A stretch of 64,000 nucleotides of DNA, taken from the NCBI GenBank assembly GCA_039794305.1, contig JBDIVX010000019.1:424-64423 (forward strand). Direction: 5' to 3'. Below, one piece after another: positions 56,336 to 64,000 of this stretch; the first letter of the stretch is position 1; every line of letters begins with the position of its first letter. The notes under the pieces were generated by a model that worked only from the letters and a program-made list of their open reading frames with translations, was not told where the DNA came from and ran no database searches. The position numbers were made by a program, and so were the translations under genes. The DNA comes from Polyangiales bacterium. Its GTDB lineage: Bacteria; Myxococcota_A; Polyangia; Polyangiales; JBDIVX01.

Positions 56336-57730
56336 ATGGCGCGCCGCTTCGGGCCGGGGCTCAGAGCCCAGATCGTCCTCGCCCTGAGCGCGGCCTTCAT
56401 CGCTTCCTTCACGCTCCTCGGCGTCGCCACCGTGCAGCTCGGTGGGCGCGCCCGGCGCATCGAGCGCGAGCGCGGGGCCGAGAGCACCGCCCGGGCGCTG
56501 GCCGCCGCGTTGCCACGCCTGTCCGGCGATCGGCGCGCGGCGACCGCCGAGGCGGCCGACGCGGTGATCGGGACGGGCGGGATCGCCGGCGTCGAGGTCG
56601 CGTGGCCGGGGGTCGAGCCGCACGCCCGCGGCCTGGTGGGTGTAGGGACCGCGATCGAGGCCGAGATGGCGTCGGGCGGCACGGTCCGCGTGTGGCTCCG
56701 CGCCGAGGAGCCGGGGACCGACGGAGCCTTCACGAACCTCCTGCTCCTGTACGTCTCGCTGACGGGTGGCACCATCCTGCTGCTCACCTACGTGGCGCTG
56801 ACGCACCTCATCGTGCGTCCCGTCACCGCCGTGACGCAGGCCTCGGAGCGGCTGGCGGCGACCGGCAGGCACGTGGACGTCCCGGTCCGGGGCGCAGCGG
56901 AGGTCGCGCGCCTGGCTGTGGCGTTCAACGAGATGGCCGCCCAGCTCCGCGCCGAGCGGCAGGCTCTCGAGGACCGACTGGCGGACCTCGAGCGCACCAC
57001 GGGCGAGCTCGCGAGCGCGCACGACCAGATCCTCCGGAGCGAGCGGCTCGCCTCGGTCGGCCGGCTCGCGGCGGGCGTGGCGCACGAGATCGGCAATCCC
57101 TTGTCCGCCATCCTCGGGCTCGTCGAGCTCGCGCGCGACGGGGACCTCGAAGAGGGCGAGCGCGACGAGTTCCTGCGGCGCATCCACGCCGAGACCGAGC
57201 GCATCCACAAGATCATCCGCGACCTCCTGGACTTCTCGCGTCAGGAGACGGAGGAGGACGGCCGGGAAGCCACCGCCGACCTGCGGGAGGTCGTCGAGGA
57301 CGCGGTCCGGCTCGTCGCCCCGCAGAAGGACCTCCGCCACGTCGACATCGAGCGGCGGCTCGCCGACGCCGTGCCCCGCGTCCAGGGCTCTTCCGACCGT
57401 CTGACCCAGCTCGTCCTGAACCTGCTCCTGAATGCGGCGGACGCGATCGGCGGAGAGGGATCGATCCGCATCGAGGTCCAGGCTCGCGGCCCCGACGCCG
57501 TCGAGCTCGTCGTGGCCGACTCCGGTCCCGGCGTCGCGCCCGAGGTCGTCGCGCACGTGTTCGAGCCGTTCGTCACCACGAAGCCCACCGGCCAGGGCAC
57601 GGGTCTCGGGCTCGCCGTCTGCCACACCATCGTCGAGCGGCTCGGCGGGTCGATCCGAGCGGAGAACGCGGCCGAGGGTGGGGCTCGCTTCGTGGTGGAG
57701 CTCCCTACCGCACCCCGACCGAGTACGTAG
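56336..57730 (+). CDS. Sensor histidine kinase (HAMP-HisKA-HATPase)
   Basis: Two TM helices, AGVAHEIGNPL, NLLLNAADA, DSGPG, FEPFVTTK, GTGLGL. Confidence 0.95.
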   Translation: MARRFGPGLRAQIVLALSAAFIASFTLLGVATVQLGGRARRIERERGAESTARALAAALPRLSGDRRAATAEAADAVIGTGGIAGVEVAWPGVEPHARGLVGVGTAIEAEMASGGTVRVWLRAEEPGTDGAFTNLLLLYVSLTGGTILLLTYVALTHLIVRPVTAVTQASERLAATGRHVDVPVRGAAEVARLAVAFNEMAAQLRAERQALEDRLADLERTTGELASAHDQILRSERLASVGRLAAGVAHEIGNPLSAILGLVELARDGDLEEGERDEFLRRIHAETERIHKIIRDLLDFSRQETEEDGREATADLREVVEDAVRLVAPQKDLRHVDIERRLADAVPRVQGSSDRLTQLVLNLLLNAADAIGGEGSIRIEVQARGPDAVELVVADSGPGVAPEVVAHVFEPFVTTKPTGQGTGLGLAVCHTIVERLGGSIRAENAAEGGARFVVELPTAPRPST

Positions 57731-58532
57731 TCTGCGCGCCCGGGTCGGAGTCCGAGAGAAGGACGCCGGCGGTGATCGCGCCGCCCAAGAGGACGGCTCC
57801 CGCGATCCCCCAGAACACGGGCGAGGCGAGCAGGTTGCCGCCGCCCGGGGAGCCCGTCTCCGTGGACGCCGCGGTGCCGGTGAGCTCCGACTCTCCGATG
57901 ACGCGCGGCGACATCGGAGCACCCAGCTCGACGAGGCGGTTGCCCCGGCCGTCGAGCACTTCGATCACGTACTCGACGCGATCGGCGTCCGCCACGCCCG
58001 TGATGGGGACGAGCTGCTCCTCGACGGCGGGCTGCCGGCTCTCGTGCCAATCGCCCCCACCGCCGAGCCGCGCGCGGACCACGACGGCCTGCGCCATGTC
58101 CAGCGGATCGGTCAGGTGCACCACGAGGCCGCTCTCGGACCGCTCGAGCCTCACCTCGGCCTCCAGCCGGTCGCTGCGGGCCGTCCAGTAGCCGCGCGCC
58201 TCGAGGAACGGGCTCCGCAGGCGCGGCGCGAGGTTCCGGTCGACGTCGCGCGAGGGATCGAGCGCCAGCATCCGGATGTACGCGTCCCGGGAGTCGTCCT
58301 CCTGCTCGAGCGCCGCGGCCGCGATCCCCATGAGCTCGTAGATCCGGATGAGCTCGCGCCGCGACCGCCCGCCCGTCTCGAGAGCCGAGGAGGCGTGCTC
58401 GAGCGTGGACCGGAAGTCCACCTGCAGGTAGGCCTCTTCGGCGCGGGAGAGCGCGTCTCCCTCCTGCGCGTGCGCGGGCCGACCGACCGAGAGGACGAGG
58501 GCGAGCGCCGCGAGCCGGCTCCTCATCGGCAT
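57705..58532 (-). CDS. Exported TPR-like + Ig-like protein with C-terminal hydrophobic segment
   Basis: Signal peptide ending AHA, helical N-domain (RMLALDP), beta domain, PVFWGIAGAVLLGG. Confidence 0.72.
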   Translation of the reverse strand: MPMRSRLAALALVLSVGRPAHAQEGDALSRAEEAYLQVDFRSTLEHASSALETGGRSRRELIRIYELMGIAAAALEQEDDSRDAYIRMLALDPSRDVDRNLAPRLRSPFLEARGYWTARSDRLEAEVRLERSESGLVVHLTDPLDMAQAVVVRARLGGGGDWHESRQPAVEEQLVPITGVADADRVEYVIEVLDGRGNRLVELGAPMSPRVIGESELTGTAASTETGSPGGGNLLASPVFWGIAGAVLLGGAITAGVLLSDSDPGAQTTYSVGVR

Positions 58533-59002
58533 CCCCGCTCGCACTTGTCGGCGACGCTCGTACACGCGCTGGGTGTCCCCACCACGTCGTAGTACCGCGA
58601 CGTCACCGCGAGGTGCACGACCACGTCGGGGGCCCCGCCGTATACCTCGGCCACCGTGCAGCCCGCGAGCACGACCGCGTTGGACTTGGAGGTCGTCGCG
58701 ACGAAGGCCTTCGGTCCGTCGCCGATCTCCTCGAAGACGATCCCTCCGCCGAGCGCGTCGCACACCTCGACGCCGCCGCTGTCGAACGCGGGCCTGCGCT
58801 CCTCGGTCCCCGCGACGGCCTGGGCGACCAGGGTCGGGCAGTCGCCGAGCGAGCCGCCGTCGAGGTCGAAGACCGCGACGCGCGCGTAGTCCGACTGGAG
58901 CACCGTCTCCACCGATGGGAAGTTGAGCTCGATCGGCACCGGGTCGCCGGCGCAGCCCGCGACGGCTGCCCCGAGCGCCAGACAGCCGAGCACGATCCTC
59001 AT
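58523..59002 (-). CDS. Hypothetical lipoprotein
   Basis: MRIVLGCLALGAAVAGC lipobox; overlaps both neighbours. It is the true 3' part of the 1103-aa shadow ORF. Confidence 0.75.
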   Translation of the reverse strand: MRIVLGCLALGAAVAGCAGDPVPIELNFPSVETVLQSDYARVAVFDLDGGSLGDCPTLVAQAVAGTEERRPAFDSGGVEVCDALGGGIVFEEIGDGPKAFVATTSKSNAVVLAGCTVAEVYGGAPDVVVHLAVTSRYYDVVGTPSACTSVADKCERGCR

Positions 59003-60267
59003 CGGCCGATCTCCCCGGCCGTGACCGTGTCGATCGTCTGGAAGGTCCCGCTGGCGGCGTCGTATCGCCAGATCTCGTAGTCGCCGAGCACGTTGCCGTA
59101 CTCGTCCAGGTCGACCGCTCCGCCGGCGCCGTCGTAGTTCACGTCCTCTCCGGCTCGGACCGCGGCGATGCCCTCGGCGAGCTGCCCCGGCTGGATGACA
59201 CGGTCGCTGTCGTCCGAGTTGGGCCGGGAGACCTCGTAGAGGGCGTCCCGGATGCGGGTTCCGTCCGTCGAGCCGGCCCGCGCGATGGCGAGCACGGCCA
59301 GCGCCGCGGCGTCGTACTGCGACGACCCGAAGATGACGGGAGCGGCGTCGAACGCGGTCTGGTACCGCGCGACGAAGTCCTCCCGGCGCCCGCCGGACTG
59401 CTCCTTCGGCGCCGTGCCCATGAACCCGTCGACCAGCGAGGGGTCGCCCGCGGCGGCCACGAAGCCGTCCGCGCGGACGCCGTCGGTGCCGATCCAGGTC
59501 ACGTCCGGCGGGCTCGCCAGCGAGTGCCAGTCCCGGACGATGGCCCCCGCCGACTCGGGGTAGCCCACGATCGCGATGCAGCCCGGCGTCGCCGCGGCGA
59601 CCGCTCGGACCTCCTCGTCGTAGCTCGCGCGCTCGTCCTGGAACGCGACGGTGCTGACCACCGTGCCTCCGCTGCCCGTGAAGCTCTGGGCGATCGCCTC
59701 GCCGAACGGGCGGCCGTAGTTGTTGTCGAGGTGCAGGATCGCGAGCCGCGTGCAGCCCAGATCCTCGCGCGCCGTCTCGACGAGCACCTCGGCTTGCAGC
59801 TCGTCGGAGGGCACCGTGCGGAAGAGGTACCGGTCGCCCGCCCCCTGCAGATCGGTGAGCATCGGCGACGTCGAGCAGCAGGAGATCTGCGGGACCCGCG
59901 CGGGTCCGGTCACCTCGGCCACGCTGAGCGTGACGTCGCTCCCGGCGGCGCCCACCACCGCGACCACGCCGTCGTCCACGAGGCGCGCGGCGGCCGCGCG
60001 GCCGATCGCCGGGTCGGTTCCGTCGTCGGCGACGACGAGCTGGACCAGCCGGCCGGGCAGCACGCCGCCGGCGGAGTTGGCCTCCTGCTCGGCCAAGAGG
60101 GCGGCCTGGGCCCAGCCGGGGCCGAGCGACTCGAGGCCTCCGCTGAGCGAGGTCACGACGCCCACCTTCACGGGCGCGTAGGTGCCCTCCGGGAGCGACG
60201 GCTCCGAGCTGCAGCCGAGCAGCGCACACGCTGCCAGGCATCCTGCGCCCGCCGCGAATCGAGCCAT
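58999..60267 (-). CDS. Type-1 periplasmic binding lipoprotein (branched-chain amino acid/Venus-flytrap family)
   Basis: Lipobox LLGC, VKVGVVTSLSG, STSPMLT, YLFRTVPSD, YDAA, YDGAGG.VDLDEYGN. Confidence 0.9.
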   Translation of the reverse strand: MARFAAGAGCLAACALLGCSSEPSLPEGTYAPVKVGVVTSLSGGLESLGPGWAQAALLAEQEANSAGGVLPGRLVQLVVADDGTDPAIGRAAAARLVDDGVVAVVGAAGSDVTLSVAEVTGPARVPQISCCSTSPMLTDLQGAGDRYLFRTVPSDELQAEVLVETAREDLGCTRLAILHLDNNYGRPFGEAIAQSFTGSGGTVVSTVAFQDERASYDEEVRAVAAATPGCIAIVGYPESAGAIVRDWHSLASPPDVTWIGTDGVRADGFVAAAGDPSLVDGFMGTAPKEQSGGRREDFVARYQTAFDAAPVIFGSSQYDAAALAVLAIARAGSTDGTRIRDALYEVSRPNSDDSDRVIQPGQLAEGIAAVRAGEDVNYDGAGGAVDLDEYGNVLGDYEIWRYDAASGTFQTIDTVTAGEIGR

Positions 60268-60303
60268 TGCCGTCGAAGCCCCACCGAAGTCCGGGAAGGG
60301 CGA

Positions 60304-60333
60304 ATTGCAACGTCTCCCACCGCCCCTTGTCAA
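60304..60333 (-). promoter_or_regulatory. Sigma70-like promoter for the binding-protein gene
   Basis: Minus strand reads TTGACA-N18-TGCAAT. Confidence 0.5.
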
Positions 60334-60342
60334 CCGGGCCGT

Positions 60343-62208
60343 TCAGAGCCCGAGGCGCCGGACCGTCGTCTCCCCTTCCTCGATCCGCACGCGGTACTGC
60401 GTCTCGATGCTCTGCTCGGGGTTCCGCAACGTGAGCACGTGGGTCCCGGCGGGCACCTCCACGCCGAGGAGCGGCGTCGTACCCAGCACCCGCCCGTTCA
60501 GGAGCACCTCGGACCAGGGCACGGTGTCGAGCGTCAGCCTCCCCGTCCCGGCGGCGGCCGGCGGCCGCGGGCGCGGCGGGTCCGGCTCCGGTTCGGGCTC
60601 CGGCTCGGGCTCTGCCGCCCGCTCTTCGCTCGCGCGGCGTCTCTCGGCGGCCGCCGCGCGTCGCTGGGCCTGGAGCCGCGCCGCGCGGCCCGCCTTCGCG
60701 CGGGGCGCGGCCGGAGCCTCGCCTGCGGCTGGCGCCCCTCGCCGGTCCCGAGGCTCCGGCTCCGCGACCTCCGCGGTCCCGTCGACCTGCTCGTCCGGCT
60801 CGCCCCGCCCATCTCCTTCCACGATCGGCTCGACCTGCTCGTCCGGCTCGCCCCGCCCTGGCTCGACCGGAGGAGGCGCAGGGGGCAGCCGCGCGGGTGC
60901 GGCGACGGTCTCGGCCCGGTCTGCTTCGTCGGCGTTCGATCCCCCGCCCATCAGCCACGCGGTCACGCCGCCCCCGAGGCCGCAGGCGATCAGCAAGAGC
61001 ACGAGCGTCACGAAGGGCGCGGCGCGACCCGCCGTCGTCGACGGCGTCCCGGTGTCCGAGCCGGACGTCTCGCCCACGGCGCTGCGCACATGCGAGTCCA
61101 TCGACGGCGGCGTCTCGGGCACGGTCTCCCCGGCGTCCTCGCCGCCTGCGTCCGCGACGCCGTGCTGACCGGTGCGGACGTTCTCCATGCACACCGACAG
61201 GAGCCGCCGGTGGTCGTCGACGACGTCCGCGAAGAGCTTCCGGACGTACCGTGACAGCTCCGCCCGCCCGACCGGCGCGGGCTCCTGCCGCAGGAACTGC
61301 TCGAGGTCCTCCTTCATGGCGAGCGCGGTGGGGTAGCGCTTGTCGCGGTCCCGCGAGAGCGCGCGATCGAGCACCCGGCACAGGAGCGAGGACGAGCCCG
61401 GCAGCGCCTCCGAAAGACGCGGAATGGGCCCGCGCAGAGACGCCTCGAGCGTCGCGATGTCCGTCTCTCCCTTGAAGAGCCGCTGGCCCACGAGCGACTC
61501 CCACAGGACGATGCCCATGGCCCACAGGTCGGCGCGGGCGTCGACGTCCCCGCCGCGCGCTTGCTCGGGCGAGATGTACGCGTACTTGCCCTTGATGGCG
61601 CCGGTGCGCGTCTGGACCACCTGCGTCACCGACTTCGCGATACCGAAGTCGAGCAGCTTCACGACCCCGTCGTAGGTGACGAAGATGTTCTGCGGCGAGA
61701 CGTCCCGGTGCACGACCCCGAGCGGCGTCCCGTCGAAGTCGCGCAGGTCGTGCGCGTACTGGAGCGCGTCGAGCGCGTCCACGGCGATGCGCACCGCGAT
61801 GGAGGGCGGGATGGTCATGTGCCGCCGGGCGCACACCCTGAGGACGCGGTGGAGCGGCTGGCCTTCGAGGTACTCCATCGCGAGGAAGTGACGGCCCTCG
61901 AGCTCGCCGACCTCGTAGGTCTGGACGACGTGGGGGTGGTTGAGCCGCGCCACGAGCCGTGCTTCGTCGAAGAACATCTGGACGAGCCGGTCGTCGCTCT
62001 GGAGATCGGCCAGGATGCGCTTGATCACCACCGGCTTGCGGAACCCCGCAGGCCCCGCGACGAACGCGAGGAAGACCTCGGCCATTCCGCCGCGCCCGAG
62101 GCGCGCCACGAGCCGGTACTTGCCGAAGTCGGTCAACGGGATGAGGGCCGGCGACCGCCCTCGGCTCGACGAGGACGCGTCGGAATGGTGGTTCGGCCGG
62201 CCGGACAT
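60343..62208 (-). CDS. Membrane Ser/Thr kinase with C-terminal PEGA-like domain
   Basis: GRGGMA, HRDVSPQN, DFG, GKYAYISPE, TM helix, GRLTLDTVPWSEV...GTTPL...AGTHVLTL. Confidence 0.93.
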   Translation of the reverse strand: MSGRPNHHSDASSSSRGRSPALIPLTDFGKYRLVARLGRGGMAEVFLAFVAGPAGFRKPVVIKRILADLQSDDRLVQMFFDEARLVARLNHPHVVQTYEVGELEGRHFLAMEYLEGQPLHRVLRVCARRHMTIPPSIAVRIAVDALDALQYAHDLRDFDGTPLGVVHRDVSPQNIFVTYDGVVKLLDFGIAKSVTQVVQTRTGAIKGKYAYISPEQARGGDVDARADLWAMGIVLWESLVGQRLFKGETDIATLEASLRGPIPRLSEALPGSSSLLCRVLDRALSRDRDKRYPTALAMKEDLEQFLRQEPAPVGRAELSRYVRKLFADVVDDHRRLLSVCMENVRTGQHGVADAGGEDAGETVPETPPSMDSHVRSAVGETSGSDTGTPSTTAGRAAPFVTLVLLLIACGLGGGVTAWLMGGGSNADEADRAETVAAPARLPPAPPPVEPGRGEPDEQVEPIVEGDGRGEPDEQVDGTAEVAEPEPRDRRGAPAAGEAPAAPRAKAGRAARLQAQRRAAAAERRRASEERAAEPEPEPEPEPDPPRPRPPAAAGTGRLTLDTVPWSEVLLNGRVLGTTPLLGVEVPAGTHVLTLRNPEQSIETQYRVRIEEGETTVRRLGL

Positions 62209-62280
62209 TCCCCCGGCCGGGATTGTAGTACTCCCGGGGTTCCCGGTCAGCGTGCCTCGTCTATTTAGATCACGCCCTGG

Positions 62281-62664
62281 TCAGACCGCGAGAACGCGAA
62301 GTCCCTTGAAGTGCTCCCCGAGCTGGGTGAAGTCCCCGACGTCGGAGGTGAGCACGATGTCGCCGAACACGGCGGCGACGGTGGCGACGAGCGCGTCCAC
62401 GACGCTCGCCTCTCCCGCGTGGTCGCGGAGCGCCTCGCCCGCACGCATCGCGAGCCTCGGAGTCGTGTCGATCCACTCGATGCCCGAATCGATCAGTTTC
62501 GACACCGCCTTCGAGCGCGGTGACCCACGCCAGAGCTCGACGAGGACCGCCGACGGCGCCCGCAAGGCCAGATCATCGGCGGCGGCGAGCTCGACGAAAC
62601 GCCATGCGCGCCGCTTCCTGCGCTCGAGCGCGATGAACGCGCCTGTGTCCAGCGTGAGGCCCAT
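62281..62664 (-). CDS. PIN-domain (VapC-like) toxin
   Basis: LTLDTGAFIALER, VLVELWRG, VVDALV, VLTSDVGD acidic PIN residues. Confidence 0.85.
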   Translation of the reverse strand: MGLTLDTGAFIALERRKRRAWRFVELAAADDLALRAPSAVLVELWRGSPRSKAVSKLIDSGIEWIDTTPRLAMRAGEALRDHAGEASVVDALVATVAAVFGDIVLTSDVGDFTQLGEHFKGLRVLAV

Positions 62665-62668
62665 ATTC

Positions 62669-62899
62669 TCACCGAGACACGAGCTCGCGCCGCAGCGCTT
62701 CGAGCTCGCGTTCGTTCGAGGCGCGGACACCATCGTTCCGCGCCTGGCGCAGCGCGAGCTTCAGGGCCGCCCTGCGCCGAGCCCTCTGGGCGGCACGCTC
62801 GAACCATGCGCTGCGGCTGATCCCCTCGGCGGCGGCGTCGCGATCGACCGCCTCGAGCGACTCGACGGACAGCGAGACGGCTATCTTCTTCACAGGCAT
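62669..62899 (-). CDS. Ribbon-helix-helix (VapB/CopG-like) antitoxin
   Basis: KKIAVSLS...VDRDAAAEGISRSAWFERA; 4 bp upstream of the PIN gene. Confidence 0.85.
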   Translation of the reverse strand: MPVKKIAVSLSVESLEAVDRDAAAEGISRSAWFERAAQRARRRAALKLALRQARNDGVRASNERELEALRRELVSR

Positions 62900-62910
62900 C
62901 GCCCATGGTC

Positions 62911-62922
62911 ATACCATGGTAT
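62911..62922. promoter_or_regulatory. Palindromic operator of the TA operon
   Basis: Perfect palindrome ATACCATGGTAT, 11 nt upstream of the antitoxin ATG, with a second CCATGG adjacent. Confidence 0.65.
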
Positions 62923-62940
62923 TCCGCCGGCGCAAGAGCG

Positions 62941-63102
62941 CGCCCCGTGGTGCAGTCCTGGCGCAGGCTCAGGCGCCCACTGTCGGCAGGGATCGGCTCG
63001 CGGTACGCCTACGAGCCGTGGCACGGCACCTTCATGCGCACCGTGAGCGGTCACACGAGCCACTTCCACGTGCGGGTGATGAAGCCGGACGGGACGTGCA
63101 AC
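62941..63102 (+). pseudogene. Relic C-terminus of a MepA/LAS-family zinc peptidase
   Basis: The frame starting at 63001 reads RYAYEPWHGTFMRTVSGHTSHFHVRVMKPDGTCN (HxxHFHVR). No N-terminal part is present. Confidence 0.5.
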
Positions 63103-63142
63103 GGAGAGCCCGGCGCCCGACCCGCGCAGAGGGCCGCACGGC

Positions 63143-64000
63143 CTACAGCACGTACTCGTACATGCAGGGGACGCCGCAGCCGCAGATGGAGGTCTCCTCG
63201 CACGCCTGGACCACCAGCGTCCGTCCGGAGAAGGACCACTCCGCGAGGCAGCTCGAGGCCGCGAAGTCGAGCGCGGCTCGCGCCCTCCAGCCGCCGTCGA
63301 CGCGCTCGTAGGCGAGCACCTGCCGTCCCGGAGAGCCCGAATGCTCCGTCACGAGACGGTCTTCCTCGATCGAGAGGCGAGCCCCAAAGCCCGGCGCCGG
63401 CCCGGACGGCGGATCCAGGCGAGCCTGTCGCATCCACCCGCTGCCGGCGCGGACGAACACGTGGACGACCCCCGTACGCAGCGAGATGTCCGCTATCCCG
63501 TTGCCGTCCAGATCGGCGCCGGGCGGCGGGCTGTAGCCCCGCGGCGCGCCGATGGCGACGGTGTCCCCCCGGACGGCCACGCTCTCGCCGAAGCCGTCGC
63601 CGGGCTCCTCCGTCACGAGCCGCGCCTGTGGCACCCAGGTCGAGCCCTCGCGCACGAAGACGTAGGCGGCTTCTTCGGACGGGGAGCCGAGGACGACGGT
63701 GTCGCCGGAGACTGCGGCGGCGCGGCCGAAGCTCTCGACCGGCGTTGTCGACGGCACCAGGAACGCGCGCTCGGTCCAGGTCGAGCCCTCGCGCTCGAAG
63801 ACGTACGCGCCCCCGCGCTCCCCGACGACCAGGACGTCACCGTCGACCGCGACGCTCGCGCCGAAGCGAGCGAGGCTCTCCGCGCGTGGGCTCCCGAGCA
63901 GCGCCTGGCGCGTCCAGCCGGCGGGGGATCGAACGAAGACGTAGACGGCTCCCGCGTCCGGGGAGTGGCCGTCGTCGGCGCACCTGTCCCATGGCGCGCC
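63143..64000 (-). CDS. FG-GAP repeat beta-propeller protein (5' truncated by window edge)
   Basis: Frame is open to the window end: GAPW..GAVYVF, FGASVAVDGD, FGRAAAVSGD, FGESVAVRGDTVAIGAP. Confidence 0.85.
   Translation of the reverse strand, partial: GAPWDRCADDGHSPDAGAVYVFVRSPAGWTRQALLGSPRAESLARFGASVAVDGDVLVVGERGGAYVFEREGSTWTERAFLVPSTTPVESFGRAAAVSGDTVVLGSPSEEAAYVFVREGSTWVPQARLVTEEPGDGFGESVAVRGDTVAIGAPRGYSPPPGADLDGNGIADISLRTGVVHVFVRAGSGWMRQARLDPPSGPAPGFGARLSIEEDRLVTEHSGSPGRQVLAYERVDGGWRARAALDFAASSCLAEWSFSGRTLVVQACEETSICGCGVPCMYEYVL

Noticed and set aside
60782..60858. 29-bp direct repeat
   Set aside because: An in-frame duplication (GRGEPDEQV) in the kinase's disordered linker, not an att site or target duplication.
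63757..64000. Apparent frameshift or short FG-GAP gene
   Set aside because: Manual translation shows the frame is open to the window edge, so it is simply truncated.

Overview
This is a very GC-rich chromosomal window. Gene content points to Myxococcota, probably Polyangia/Sandaracinaceae-like: four Hanks Ser/Thr kinases, many TPR proteins, Cys-rich lipoproteins and a MYXO-CTERM-like tail. Housekeeping genes include queD, bamD, phoH, cysK, pyk, a Leu/Phe/Val dehydrogenase, a ferredoxin and an ABC1/UbiB kinase. The main notable features are: (1) a Glt/Nfs-like envelope operon at 28.6-38.3 kb, followed by a glycosyltransferase, a SAM methyltransferase, a flippase and a possible GltH-like barrel; (2) a 1785-aa GltI/AgmK-like TPR protein fused to a kinase and an N-terminal EAD/death-like helical domain; (3) a class-3 (Ala-start) intein in phoH with a decaying LAGLIDADG domain; (4) a 148-nt structured intergenic element upstream of a DNA methyltransferase, whose likely PD-(D/E)XK partner lies 2.8 kb away; (5) a C2-PDZ lipoprotein; (6) a kinase/orphan binding-protein cassette; (7) two toxin-antitoxin pairs and two gene relics. 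I saw no rRNA, tRNA, CRISPR array or transposase. All family calls come from motif recognition by eye, not database searches.
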